Shown here in pieces: positions 25,469 through 38,692 of a stretch of 64,000 nucleotides of DNA (position 1 is the first letter of the stretch; each line of letters opens with the position of its first letter). The notes beneath the pieces were generated by a model. That model was given only the letters and a program-made list of their open reading frames with translations, was not told the origin of the DNA and did no database searches. Both the position numbers and the translations under genes were made by a program. The DNA is from Mustelus asterias (taxonomy: Eukaryota), in the NCBI RefSeq assembly GCF_964213995.1, contig NW_027590293.1, positions 248,001 through 312,000 of the forward strand. The letters run 5' to 3'.

Positions 25469-25877
25469 TGACAGGGGTTGGATTCTGCTGTTCTTGCTGC
25501 TGTTGATCACATCCAGGACTGAACCATGTTCATTCTGACAGTTGGTGAAGTGGGAGGGTCGGAGGGTTTCTTTCTGCTGGACTGGCTGGTCTCACAACTT
25601 TGCTTCCAGTGGGCTGATGCTCTTTGAGCCTGGGAGAGCACATTTCCACTGAAATGATCCACAAAAGCTGATGAAGGACATTTATTTAATCCTGGATAGT
25701 AAATAGTGTTTTTCCTACCACTACAGGTTGATCTAAAATAAATACAGAAAGAACTGGAAAAACGCAGCAGGTCTGGCAGCATCTGTGGAGAGAGAAACAG
25801 AGTTAACATTTCACACTACTGGATGGGAGTCAATCTAGTAAATCTCCTCTGAACTGCTTCCATGGTATTTATAAAAT

Positions 25878-26210
25878 GGGGCAGCACGGCAGAACAGTGG
25901 TTAGCACTGCTGCCTCACAGCGCCAGGGACCCAAGTTCAATTCCTGGGTCCCTGGTCCGATTCACTGTCTGTGTGGAGTTTGGACATTCTCCCCGTGTCT
26001 GCGTGGGTTTCCTGCGGGTGCTCCAGTTTCCTCCCACAGTCCAAAGATGTGCGGGTTAGGTTGATTGGCTATGCTAAATTGACCCTTGTGTCAGGGGGAT
26101 TAGCAGGGTAAATGTGTGGGGTTGTGGGAATAGGGCCTGGGTGGGATGGTGTTTGGTACAGACTCAATGGGCAGAACGGCCTCTGTCTGTACTGCAGGGA
26201 TCCTACGATC
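25878..26210 (+). mobile_element. HE1-like SINE, near full length
   Basis: tRNA-like head, central domain and CR1-like tail. Further copies at ~26796-26940 (+) and 27055-27245 (-). Confidence 0.8.
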
Positions 26211-27559
26211 CTTTGTTTAATAGGAGACAAAACTGCACCCAGTGTTCAAGATGCAGTTTCAGCAACGCCCTGTATAACTGAAGCATAATATCTACTTCTC
26301 TGTTCAATTTCTCTCAGAATAAAGGACAGCATTCCATTTGTGAGAACTTTGATTTATTTGAACTAAGATTTATGAGGTTCTCTTGTTTACAATAACTCCA
26401 TAACTGTAAATCACACCAGGTTCCAGTGACTTAACCATGTGGCTGGAAAGAATACTTTAAACGGTGATTCAGTAAGTTTATTAACCATTAAAAATGTAAC
26501 AAGTCAAAGATAAAAAAGGACAGTATCGATTAACAGTAAAAGGAGAAAGTTTAGCTTTAACAATTGAACATATGAACTTATGAACGGTTATGGGGAGAAG
26601 GCAGGAACATGGGGATGAGGAGCATATCAGCCATGATCGAATGACGGAGCAGACTCGATGGGCCAAATGGCCTAATTCTGCTCCAAGATCTTATGAACAG
26701 ATTTCTCTCTATCCTTTTCAGACCAGGACATGAAGTGATGGCTCCGAAAACATGGATAACTTGTAAAATCAACAGCTCCCAACACCTCTCTGAAGGGCAC
26801 AGTGGTTTGCACTGCTGCCTCACAGCGCCAGGGACCTGGGTTCGACTCCCGGCTTGGGTCACAGTATGCACATTCTCCCCGTGTCTGCGTGGGTTTCCTT
26901 CGGGTGCTCCGGTTTCCTCCCACAGTCCGAAAGACATGCTGGTTTTCAGAGTAACTTCAATGCAGTGTTAATGTAAGCCGACTTGTGACACTAATAAATG
27001 AAGTTCCTGGGAAAATCCCCCAGTCACCGCACTCTGGCATCTGTTCGGGTACACTGAGGGAGAATTTAGCATGGTCAATGCACCTAACCAGCACATCTTT
27101 CGGACTGTGGGAGGAAACCAGAGCACCCGGAAGAAAACCAGGCAGACACGGGAACAACGTGCAAACTCCACAGAGTCACCCAAGCCGGGAATCAAACCCA
27201 GGTCCCTGGCGCTGTGAGGCAGCAGAGCTAACCAGTGTGCCACCAGGCCATCCTAACAAGTCTTGTTATCTGTTTTTTCTATTCTGTTGGCTTCAGAAGG
27301 GAACATTTTATAATTCTCACAGCATTTTAACCATTCTTTATATCTTTATAATTCTAAACGTTATAAACTTTTGTGTTCAAATTTACATTTCCAGCCTAAC
27401 ATCTGTATTAATGAATCATTTATTCTTTAATTGTCTCTCAATTCAGGCTGTCCATTTAACTAATCTCCTGCTTTACAATTGTGGGAACTTCAGTCACAAA
27501 TAAGGTAGTCAAATGCATTGTTAAAAGCAGGATGTTCTTTATATAAATAAATAACAAAG

Positions 27560-28940
27560 TTTAAAAATCATTGGCAAACAAAAGGAAACAGGAGCATTGG
27601 AACCAGCCTGGACTTGCAGACTGAAACCCCGCCCAAAGCCTGCACGTGCTCAGAAGGGAGAGAGGTTGTGAAGAACACTCTGTAACACTTCTCCTCCCCT
27701 TAAATTTCAATCCCCCATCAGGACAGAAATACAACAAAGTAATGTCTTTAACAATACGGAAGTCTGTCAGGAGCTTTGTGGTTGCATTGCGACCTGTACA
27801 ATACCACTGGTAAATCTTGTAATGGTGTTTCTGGAATGGGAGGTGAAGAGGGAGTTTGAGAATCTGTACATGAACATTCCTCTTCCACTCCCACAGCAGA
27901 GTCAACTGGCAAAGCTGGAACCATTTCCTGGTGAACATCCACAGCAGCATGACCCTCTGCCATGTTCTCTGTAATGGTTGCTGACTCTGAAACTGTTCCT
28001 GACTCGGGGTCACACCACAAGCGAATATGGTCTTGGTGTCTGCGAACAACTCTTCCGTTTTACAGTCTCACCACCCAAGATACTGGACCACTTTGGTTTA
28101 AAATTATTCCCGGTAACCACCTTTGGTTACTCCCAAAGTTTCTGATGTAAACCTGATCACCCGGTTTGAACTGCCTCTCTTTGGCGTGGCAGTCGTGTCC
28201 CTCCTTCTGCTTCTCTTGTCTCCTGCTCACTTTTGCTCTGAGATCTGGATGAAGCAGATCCAGATGAGACTTCAACCTTCGACCAAAAAATTCCACAGGA
28301 GAGTCCGGTTGTGGATTGTGGTGTGATGCGAAACTGGAACAAAAATCTTGAGAGCTTGTTCCTAAAGTATCGCCTGCCATTCTTTTCAATCCCTCCTTCA
28401 GACTTTGAACAGCTCTTTCTGCGAGACCATTTGTACAGTAAGAAGTTTAACAACACCAGGTTAAAGTCCAACAGGTTCATTTGTTAGCAAATGCCACGAG
28501 CTAACAAATGCATTTGCTAACAAATAAACCTATTGGACTTTAACCTGTTGTTGTTAAACTTCTGACTGTGTTTACCCCAGTCCAACGCCAGCATCTCCAC
28601 ATCATGAAGACCATTTGTAGCCAGATGAAATGGTGCAGTACGCACATGACGTAGACCATTCCTTTACAGGAATTCCTGAAACACCTCACTTGTAAACAGA
28701 GTGTTGTTATCTGAAACAAGCCAATCTGGTAACCCAGGGCTTGTGAAAATTTGACAGAGCTTCTCTATTGTCACAGGAGCTGGAATATTACTCATGATCT
28801 GTGCTTCCAACCATTTTGAATGCACATTTACAATGACCAAACACATGTGATTCATGAAAGGCCCCCCAAAGGCCACATTTAGTCTGGACCACGGCCTATC
28901 AGACCACCCCCAAGGATGAAGTGGTAATGTACCCAGTGTG
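27560..28940 (-). mobile_element. Degraded Gypsy LTR retrotransposon: integrase, PPT and 3' LTR start
   Basis: GPFMNHMCLVIV..HSKWLE..LVSDN..FTSEVFQEFL and GRRLKSHLDLLHP...QFKPGDQVYIRNF. The polypurine tract aaggggaggagaag is followed by TG at ~27687. Confidence 0.75.
28436..28607. mobile_element. Penelope-like inverted terminal fragments with a 12-bp TSD
   Basis: ~57-bp inverted repeat flanked by agaccatttgta at 28424-28435 and 28608-28619. Confidence 0.75.
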
Positions 28941-28944
28941 TTGT

Positions 28945-29978
28945 GCCTGATTCAATCGACAAACAGTTTATTGAGTTACGCCAGCGGGGAGAAGCCACAG
29001 GGGCTGACCATGTGCAACTCCACCCAACAAAGAATATCATCAATTCTTATCCAGTTACTCAGCCCATCCCGGCTGGACACAATCCAATCAGAATGGTGAT
29101 AGATTACATACATTATAGGTTCAATAAAATTAGTATCTGGGCATTATGGAGCTTTGTGATCATCTCATGGACAGGTGCCCTCATCATGATGCTTTCCAGA
29201 CCCCACTTCGGGGGGGGGGGGGGGGGGGCTCTTTCTTGGGTTTTCTTTGTACATAGACTCCCTTAGTTAGAAATGGGGTGGATTAAAAGTTCTCAAATGG
29301 ATGTCAGCACTCTTCCTTTGTTTTAATCTAATGACCACATGGTCTGGGAATCATTTCTATTTAATGCTCTCTCTTTTTAAACTCTTTTCTTCAGTATCCA
29401 ATTCCAGAATTTTCCTTTTCTTTGTGTTACTTGCGTTAGGAATAAATCTTTGGACCTGACAGGAAGTTTAACCCAAGATCAATCCAACACAGGATTGGTC
29501 AGAATCATTTCACATGTGTCAAATTTTAAATAACCATTACAAATTAAAACTCTCTTTCTCACATGGGTGAATTGTATCCGGATTAAAATTCCCACATGTT
29601 TAGGAAAATATCCTGGAATCCTGTCTCTGGCCAGTAAATATGGCTCCAGGTTCATAACTTCTGAACAAAAAAAGTTTTATTGATCACACTTCCTTTTTTA
29701 ATAATCTGTTTGATTTAAATCACAGACAGAAAACCTCAAAGCTTGAAACGTTCATCCCACAAATATCATCCACACACAAACAGAGAAACTTAACATGTGC
29801 TTTACAACAACAATAACCAAAATTAATTACTGAAGTGTTCTTGTGATTCTGTTTTTAAACTTCCAAAAATGCCTTTAATTAAAGACTCAAGGTGAGGTTA
29901 ATTCACCAGAAAGATAAACCTTAACAAATGTAGCCCAAAACAATGATAAAACATATCTACAAACATCCACAGAAAACA
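28945..29978. repeat. AT-rich ~1-kb sequence duplicated in inverted orientation at 46457-48383
   Basis: Colinear reverse-complement similarity, e.g. gaagccacaggggctgaccatg vs 48041-48062 and aacaaatgtagcccaaaac vs 46494-46512. Confidence 0.8.
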
Positions 29979-30713
29979 AACAAAACACACAGATTCTCAC
30001 AGCTCGTAAATTTCAAACAATGAATCTTCAGCATTCTCTCTCGCAGCTGTAGCTTCTTAAAGCGACAGAGCACTACAAGCTCACAACTCCTTGATTAAAA
30101 TAAGATACAAGATCCTTCATTATAACTGAGCCTTTTTAAAGCCAACCGACAAGGACTGATTTTAGAGGCAACATCTTTGTTGATTTAAAATCCCAAACAC
30201 GTTATAGCCAAACACCGGCAAAATCTTTGTTCTTTATCTGGGGATAAAATTCTCAGTTATTCCAAATTCCTCCAGGCGATGCTTAATATTTCCGCATTTA
30301 ACTTATTCCCAGAAATCCTCAATTATAAACTAAAATAGACACGTGTTTCCGGGCAGTCACAGGAATGTGGTCAAGATAGTCCAGTCCCACAATGCCTCAC
30401 ATTCAATCTGCAGTCCTTCAATTATAACAGAATATGTGGCTGTATGTAGCTGCCTCGGCCATGGTCAACCCCAACACTGCCTTCCTGAACTGCTACAATG
30501 CCTGAGGTGTAAGTACACCCACAGTGCTATTAGGGAGGGATTTCCAGCTACACATTCCAGACTTTCACTAGACTGCAGGTGGATATCAGATTGATATATT
30601 CCATTCAATCACACCCAAGGTGAGTTATTCCAATTCCGTTATTGTCCAGGACAATATATTCACAATATCTTTAAAACAGAAATTAAACATTCCCATTTGA
30701 TTTCAGGTATTAA

Positions 30714-33700
30714 CATATTCTGTTGGTTTGTTCTTTATTGTCAATGTCAGACTGGGGTTGTTTTCCTTGGAGCAAAGGAGGTTGAGGGGAGATTTGATAG
30801 AGGTGGACAAGATTCTGAGAGGTTTAGATAAGGTGGATAAAGAAAAGCTGTTCCCATTAGCTGAAGGGACAAGACGAGGGGGACACAGATTTCTTGTTTT
30901 GGGTCAGCGATGCAAGAGGGGGAGTGGGGGGGGGGGAGGGGGAGTGGGGGGGGGGGGAGTGGGGGGGGGGGGGGAGTGGGGGGCGGGGGGGCAATGTGAG
31001 GAAGAATATTCTGATGCAGTGAATGGTAATGACCTGAAACTCACTGCCTACGAGGGTGGAGGAAGTGGAGACAATAAACAATTACAAAGGAAATTGGATG
31101 GGCATTTGGGATATTCCAAACAGAACGAAGAACAAAGAAAATTACAGCACAGAAACAAGCCCTTTGGCCCTCCAAGCCTGCAGCAACCATTCTGCCCGTC
31201 TGAACTAAAACCCCCTACCTTTCCGGGGACCATATCCCTCTATTCCTATGCTATTCATATATTTGTCAAGACACATCTTAAAGTCACTATCGTATCTGCT
31301 TCCACTACCTTCCCCGGCAACGAGTTCCAGGCACCCACCACCCTCTGTGTAAAAAACCTGCCTTGTACATCTCCTTTAAACCTTGCCCCTCGCACCTTAA
31401 ACCTGTGTCCCCTAGTAACTGACTCTTCCACCCTGGGAAAAAGCTTCTGAATATCCACTCTGTCTTGTAGACTTCTATCAGGTCTCCCCTCAACCTCCGT
31501 CATTCCAGTGAGAACAAACCAAGTTCCTCCAACCTCTACTCATAGCTAATGCCCTCCACACCAGGCAACATCCTGATAAATATTTTCCGTACCCTCTCCA
31601 AAGCCTCCACATCCTTCTGGTAGTGTGGTGACCAGAACTGAACACTAGATTCCAAGTGCGGTCTAACTAAGTTTCTATAAAGCTGCAACATGACTTACCA
31701 ATTTTTAAACTCAATGCCCCGGCCGATAAAGGCAAGCATGCCGTATGCCTTCTTGACTATCTTCTCCACCTGCGTTGCCACTTTCAATGACCTGTGCACC
31801 TGGACACCCAGATCCCTCTGCCTATGAATACTCTTAAGGGTTCTGCCATTTGCTGTATATTTCCCACCTGTATTTGACCTTCCAAAATTCATTACCTCAC
31901 ATTTGTCCGGATTAAACTTCATCTGCCATCTCTCCGCCCAAGTCTCCAACTGATCTATATCCTGCTGTATCCTCTGCCGGTCCCCATCGCTATCCGCAAT
32001 TCTACCAACCTTTGTGTCGTCCACAAACTTACCAATCAAACCAGTTACATTTTCCTCCAAATCATTTATATATATTACAAACAGCAAAGGTCCCAGCACT
32101 GATCCCTGAGGAATGTCACTTGTCACAGCCCTCCATTCAGAAATGTACCTTTGCACTGCCAACCTCTGTTTTCTTCTGACTAAATATCTCTGAACTTCCT
32201 AACACCCTGTCACTCTGTGATCCTTGTGACATTTGAAACCAGGTATTCACAAAAAGACTGAAAGAGCATCAGCCCACTGGAGGCTGAGACCGGCCAGTCC
32301 AGCACAAAGAAACCCTCTGACCCTCCCCATTGACCAACTGTGAGAATGAACAAAATGCAGTCCTGGATGGAATTGAGAGCAGAAACAATAACAGCAGAAT
32401 CCAACTCCTGTCATCACTCATGAACTTGCTGATGTCTCAGCAGCCGGGATGAAACTCTGAATCCCTTCCCACACTGAGAGCCGGTGAACGGCCTCTCTGC
32501 AGTGTGAACTCGCTGGTGTGCCCGCAGGCTGGATGACTGAGTGAATCCCTTCCCACACTGAGAGCAGGTGAATGGTCTCTCCCCAGTGTGAACTCGCTGG
32601 TGTGCCTGCAGGTGGGATAACTGAGTGAATCCCTTCCCACACTGAGAGCAGGTGAATGGTTTCTCCCCAGTGTGAACTCGCTGGTGTGTCTGCAGGTTGG
32701 ATGACTGAGTGAATCCCTCCCCACACTGAGAGCAGGTGAACGGCCTCTCCCCAGTGTGAACTCGCTGGCGTGCCCACAGCTCGGATGACTGGGTGAATCC
32801 CTTTCCACACTGAGAGCAGGTGAATGGCCTCTCCCCAGTGTGAAGTCGCTGGTGAGCCCGCAAATTGGATAACTGAGTGAATCCCTTCTCACACTGAGAG
32901 CAGGTGAAGGGCCTTTCCCCAGTGTGAACTCGCTGGTGTGTCCGCAGGTTGGATGAACAAGTGAATCCCTCCCCACACTGAGAGCAGGTGAATGGCCTCT
33001 CCCCAGTGTGAACTCGCTCGTGTGTCCGCAGGGTAGATAACTGAATGAATCCCTTCCCACACTGAGAGCAAGTGAATGGCCTCACCCCAGTGTGAACTCG
33101 CTGGTGTGTCTGCAGGTGGGATGACTGCGTGAATCCCTTCCCACATTCAGAGCAGGTGAATGGCCTCTCCCCAGTGTGAACTCGCTCGTGTGTCCGCAGG
33201 CTGGATAACTGAATGAATCCCTTCTCACACTGAGAGCAGGTGAATGGCCTCTCCCCAGTGTGGCTGCGCCGATGAGCTGCCAGCAGAGATGGGGCTCTGT
33301 ATCTCTTCCCACAGTCTGCACATTTCCACGGTTTCTCCATGGTGCAGGTGTCCTTACCTCTCTCTTGGGTGGACAATTAGTTGAAACTTCGTCCACACAC
33401 AGAACAAGATTACAGTCTCTACCCGCTGTGAATGGTGTGATATTTATTCAGACTGTGTAACTGGTTAAAGCTCTTTAGTCAGTGCATTGGAACACACTCA
33501 CTCGAGTGCAGCAGTGTGTTGATGCTTTTCCACTCACACTGACATTTCAAATCTTTTCAAATCGACAGACTGGACAATCATTTCTCCTTCTGGATTCAAA
33601 GTCCGATGATATTGAGGTCCCAAGGAATAAGACTCTGTCAGATCTAGACGTGACGTTTGAGATTTCAGCCTGTGATTCCTCTTTCAATATCCTGGAAAAT

Positions 33701-34491
33701 AAGTTTCCAAAAGTCATCAGTGTCAGTACAGGATAGAAATTCAGAACAGACAATTTCTATGGAACATTCTTTCCTCTCTCATTCCCCAGAAGCTGTAAAT
33801 CTCCATTCCACACACTCTCTCCCCATTCTCAGCAGGTCTGGCAGCATCTGTATGGAGAGAAAAGAACTGATGTTTCAGAGCTTTGACAAAGGGTCATCGA
33901 GACAAGAAACATCAGCTCTTTTCTCTCCTTACAGATGCTGCCAGACCTGCTGAGATTTTCCAGCATTTTCTCTCTTGGTTTCAGATTCCAGCATCCGCAG
34001 TAATTTGCTTTTATAAGGCTGCAGATACCTCCTCCCAAGTAACATGCGTGTGCCCAAGACATCACCACTTGTTTCCCTTATTTCTTTCGCACCCATGGTG
34101 CTCTCCGCAGTAAACACAGAGGAGAAGTATTCATTAAAAATCTCACCCATCTCCTGTGGCTCCACACACAGATGGCCATACTGATTTTTAAGGGGATCTA
34201 TTCTCTCTCTAGCCACCCTTTTACTCTTAATATAGCTATAGAACCTCTTGGAATTTTCTTTAATCTTACCTGCCAGATCCATATCAGACCCTCTTTCTGT
34301 CCTCCTGATTTCCCTCTTCAGTATTTTCTTACACTTTTTATAGTCAGAGTGATTCACTTGTCCCCGATTGCCTAAACCCAATGTATGCTTCCTTCTTTTA
34401 CCTGACCAGAGCCTCAATGTCCCTTGTCTGCCAGAGATCCCTAAATTTACCATTCTTTCCCTGCATCTTAACAGGAATATACTGCCCCTGG
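30714..34491 (-). repeat. Right arm of the inverted segmental duplication
   Basis: Reverse complement of 19782-23970, lacking the 22868-23461 insertion. Confidence 0.9.
32414..33340 (-). CDS. C2H2 zinc-finger protein, 11 repeats (9 intact)
   Basis: Starts MEKPWKC. Finger 7 has His>Arg (LWARQRVH) and finger 11 has Cys>Gly (FTGSQC). Acceptor at ~33691. Confidence 0.9.
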   Translation of the reverse strand: MEKPWKCADCGKRYRAPSLLAAHRRSHTGERPFTCSQCEKGFIQLSSLRTHERVHTGERPFTCSECGKGFTQSSHLQTHQRVHTGVRPFTCSQCGKGFIQLSTLRTHERVHTGERPFTCSQCGEGFTCSSNLRTHQRVHTGERPFTCSQCEKGFTQLSNLRAHQRLHTGERPFTCSQCGKGFTQSSELWARQRVHTGERPFTCSQCGEGFTQSSNLQTHQRVHTGEKPFTCSQCGKGFTQLSHLQAHQRVHTGERPFTCSQCGKGFTQSSSLRAHQRVHTAERPFTGSQCGKGFRVSSRLLRHQQVHE

Positions 34492-34669
34492 TCTCTTGCA
34501 CATTCTCCTCGTGTCTGCGTGGGTTTCCTCCGGGTGCTCCGGTTTCCTGCGAACAAATAAACCTGTTGGACTTTAACCTGGTGTTGTTAAACTTCTTACT
34601 GTGTTTACCCCAGTCCAACGCCGGCATCTCCACATCATGAAGATCATTTGTAGCCAGATGAAACAGTGA

Positions 34670-35392
34670 AATGAAATAGAGTATAGAAACACAGAGGGAC
34701 CTAGGTGTGCAAGTCCACAAATCCTTGAAGGTGGCAACACAGGTGGAGAAGGTGGTGAAGAAGGCATATGGTATGCTTGCCTTTATAGGACGGGGTATAG
34801 AGTATAAAAGCTGGAGTTTGATGATGCAGCTGTATAGAACGCTGGTTAGGCCACATTTGGAGTACTGTGTCCAGTTCTGGTCGCCGCACTACCAGAAGGA
34901 CGTGGAGGCATTGGAGAGAGTGCAGAGAAGGTTTACCAGGATGTTGCCTGGTATGGAGGGTCTTAGCTATGAGGAGAGATTGGGTAGACTGGGGTTGTTC
35001 TCCTTGGAAAGACGGAGAATGAGGGGAGATCTAATAGAGATATACAAGATTATGAAGGGTATAGATAGGGTGAACAATGGGAAGCTTTTTCCCAGGTCGG
35101 AGGTGACGATCACGAGGGGTCATGGGCTCAAGCTGAGAGGGGCGAAGTATAACTCAGACATCAGAGGGACGTTTTTTACACAGAGGGTGGTGGGGGCCTG
35201 GAATGCGCTGCCAAGTAGGGTGGTGGAGGCAGGCACGCTGACATCGTTTAAGACTTACCTGGATAGTCACATGAGCAGCCTGGGAATGGAGGGATACAAA
35301 CGATTGGTCTAGTTGGACCAAGGAGCGGCACAGGCTTGGAGGGCCGAAGGGCCTGTTTCCTGTGCTGTACTGTTCTTTGTTCTTTGTTCTTT
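34670..35392 (+). mobile_element. Young 5'-truncated CR1
   Basis: Intact 201-aa C-terminal ORF and a (tgttcttt)n tail. A Penelope fragment follows at ~35393-35575. Confidence 0.85.
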
Positions 35393-35747
35393 ATCAGGTA
35401 AGTGGGAGTTATGTTCACAAACAGGGCATATAAAGACACAAACTCAATTTACAAAATAATGGTTGGAATACGAGTCTTTACAGGTAATCAAGTCTTTAAA
35501 GGTACAGACAATGTGAGTGGAGAAAGGGTTAAGCACAGGTTAAAGAAATGTGTATTGTCTCCAGCCAGGACAGTTCGCATACAGTTAGGACAAAGCATAC
35601 CTTTCATGGAGTACATGGGGAGAAGGAAAGGATAGGGTGCAGGTACAGGTAGGGTGAAGAGAAAGATCAGCTTAATATATGATAGGACCATTCAAACATG
35701 ACAGTCGGAAGAAGTTGTTCTTGAGTCGTTTGGTACATGTTTTCAGA

Positions 35748-36536
35748 CCATAGAAGCATAGAATATTACAGCACAGTAACAGGCCTTTTGGCCCTTCTTG
35801 GCTGTGCTGAACCATTTTTTTGCCTCGTCCCACTGACCTGCACTTGGACCATATCCCTCCACACCCCTCTCATCCATGAACCCGTCCAAGTTTTTCTTAA
35901 ATGTTAAAAGCATTTACCACTTTATCCGGCAGCTCATTCCAGACTCCCATCACTCTCTGCGTGAAGAAGCCCCCCCCTAATATTCCCTTTAAACTTTTCT
36001 CCTTTCACCCTTAACCCATGCCCTCTGGTTTTTTTCTTCCCTGGCCTCAGTGGAAAAAGCCTGCTTGCATTCACTCTATCTATACCCATCAAAATCTGAT
36101 ACACCTCTATCAAATCTCCCCTCATTCTTCTACGTTCCAGGGAATAAAGTCCCAACCTATTCAACTTTTCTCTGTAACTCAGTTTCTCAAGTCCCGGCAA
36201 CATCCTTGTAAACCTTCTCTGCACTCTTTCAACCTTATTAATATCCTTCCTGTAATTAGGTGACCAAAACTGCACACAATACTCTAAATTCGGCCTCACC
36301 AATGTCTTATACAACCTCACCATAACACTCCAATTCTCATACTCGATACTTTGATTTATAAAGGCCAATGTACCAAAAGCACTCTTTATGACCCTATCTA
36401 CCTGTGACGCCACTTTTAGGAAATTATGTATCTGTATTCCCAGATCCCTCAGTTCTACTGCACTCTTCAGTGCCGACCATTTACCTTGTATGTTCCACCT
36501 TGGTTTGTCCTTCCAAAGTGCAATACCTCACACTTG
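35748..36536 (-). mobile_element. CR1 LINE 3' fragment
   Basis: RLYKTLVRPNLEYCVQFWSP...RRRMRGDLIEVY. Confidence 0.85.
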
Positions 36537-37369
36537 GTCTGGCCAACATGTGACTCCAAAGCCACAACAATGTGGTTGACTCTCAACTGCCCTCCAATGG
36601 CAACTGGGGATGGGTAATAAATGCTGGCCAGCCAGCGACATCCATGTCCCATCAATGAATAAAAAAAATTCAATTGAACAGCTTGGTGGGCTGAATTTCT
36701 AACTATTTCTTACGATCTGTCAGGAACATGAAATGGTGAGTGTCGATCAGCATTAATTAGCACCTTCAGGAGAATTGGGTAGTGTTGTATATTAAAGTTT
36801 AAAGTTTATTTAATAGTCACAAGTAAGGCTTATATTAACACTGCAATGAAGTTAGTGTGAAATTCCCCTAGTTGTCACACTCCGGCACCTGTTCGGGTCA
36901 ATGCACCTAACCAGCACGTCTTTCAGAATGAGGGAGGAAGCTCATGCAGACACGGGGAGAACGTGCAAACTCCACACAGTGACCCAAGCCGGGAATCAAA
37001 CCCAGGTCCCTGGAGCCGTGAAGCAGCAGTGCTAACCACTGTGCCACCGTGCTGCAGAATGCTAAATGGAATGAGAGAGAGAGAGTGTATGTGTGAGGGG
37101 CGTGGGTGGAGATTTAAAGAATGTTCCAATTGTCTGTTTTGAATTTCTATCATGTGCTGATAGTGGTGATTTTTGTAAACTCCTTTCAGTGTATATTGGA
37201 AGGAGAGGTTTGGAAAATGGAAATCTCAAAAGAGTCACTTGATTCATAAGGACGTGAAAATCATCAGCCTTTTTAACATCAGTGTGAGTGGAAAAGCACT
37301 GAGATTCTCACACCCGTATCAGAGTGTTCCAGCGCACTGATTGTGGAGAGACACAAGGACTCAGACACC

Positions 37370-37600
37370 ATGGAGAAACCATGGAAATGTGGAGACTGTG
37401 GGAAGGGATTCAGAGCCCCATCTGAGGTGGAATCTCATCGACGCAGTCACACCGGGGAGAGACCGTTCATATGCTGCACTTGTGGGAAGGGATTCAATCA
37501 TTCATCGAATCTGCTGAGACACCAGCGAATTCACGCTGAGGAGAGGCTAGTCACCTGCTCACAGTGACGGAAGGGATTCAGAGATTCATCCACCCTGCGG
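37370..37600 (+). pseudogene. Truncated ZNF with 2 fingers, then TGA at a cysteine position
   Basis: [10 protein letters not shown]...; the third finger reads CSQ*RKGF and runs into a G-run/(GA)n tract. Confidence 0.8.
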
Positions 37601-37715
37601 GGGAGGGGGGGGGGGGGAAGAGAAGGGAGGGGAAAGAGAAAGATTGAGAGAGAGAGAGAAAGATTGAGAGAGAGAGAAAGATTGAGAGAGAAAGAATCCA
37701 ACCCCTGTAATCGCT

Positions 37716-38560
37716 TGTGAAGTTGTTGGTGTCTCTGCAGGTTGGACGACCGATTAAATCCCTTCCCACACACAGAGCAGGTGAACGGTCTCTCCCTGGT
37801 GTGAACTCGCTGCTGTCTCCGCCGTGTGGATGACCTCCTAAACCTCTTTGAGCAGTGAGAGCAGCTAAACGGTCTCTCGTCAGTGTGAATGGGTTGGTGG
37901 ACCATCAGTTCCCCAGAGCTTTTGAAGCCACTCTCACAGTCAGAGCATTTAAAGGGTCTGTCTTGGGTGTGAGTGACCTTGCGGCTCAACAGGTTGTTCA
38001 ACCGAGTGAATCCCTTCCCACACACAGAGCAGGTGAATGACCTCTCCCCAGTGTGAACTCCCTGGTGTGTTTGTAAATGGGATAACTGAGTGAATCCCTT
38101 CCCACACACACAGCAGGTGAATGTCTCTCTCCAGTGTGACTGCGCCGATGAGTTTCCAGTGCAGATGGGAACCTGAATCCTTTCCCACAGTCCCCACATT
38201 TACACAATTTCTCCATGGTGCGGGTGTCCTTGTGACTCTCCAGGCTTGACAATCAGTTCAGTTACAACATAACATGGGTGCAGTCTCTCTGCCGCAATGT
38301 ATTTTCAGGCTGTTTAACTGGTTAAAGTTCTTTCCACAGTCACTCAGGTGTGAGCATGTTTCAGTGTGTGTGTGTCTCGGTGCTTTTCCAGTCACACTGA
38401 TGTTTAAAATCTCCTGAAGCAGACAGAGCAGAGAAACATTTCCATTCTAGATTCAAAGGTCGATGATATTCAGGTCCCAATGAACTGAGTGACTATGTTA
38501 GATTTTGATGTGAAGTTTGGTTTGATATTCGTCTTTAAATCTTCACCTTCTGATATCCTG
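37716..38560 (-). pseudogene. Frameshifted ZNF pseudogene (~6 fingers)
   Basis: MEKLCKC start, a frameshift in the first linker (~38125) and His losses (LLSRKVTH, RRRQQRVH). Acceptor at ~38557. Confidence 0.8.
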
Positions 38561-38692
38561 CAAAAGGAATTTACAAAAGTCATCAGTGTCAGCACAGGAT
38601 AGAAATTCAGAACAGACAATTCTAATTTCTATGGAGCATTCTTTTCTCTCTCATTCCCCAAAGTCTTCCCCTGGAGTGCAGCCTAAGACACA

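Noticed and set aside
30915-30992. Poly-G tract as a functional G-quadruplex element
   Set aside because: Low-complexity tract inside a CR1 remnant. It differs between the duplicated arms and may include sequencing error.
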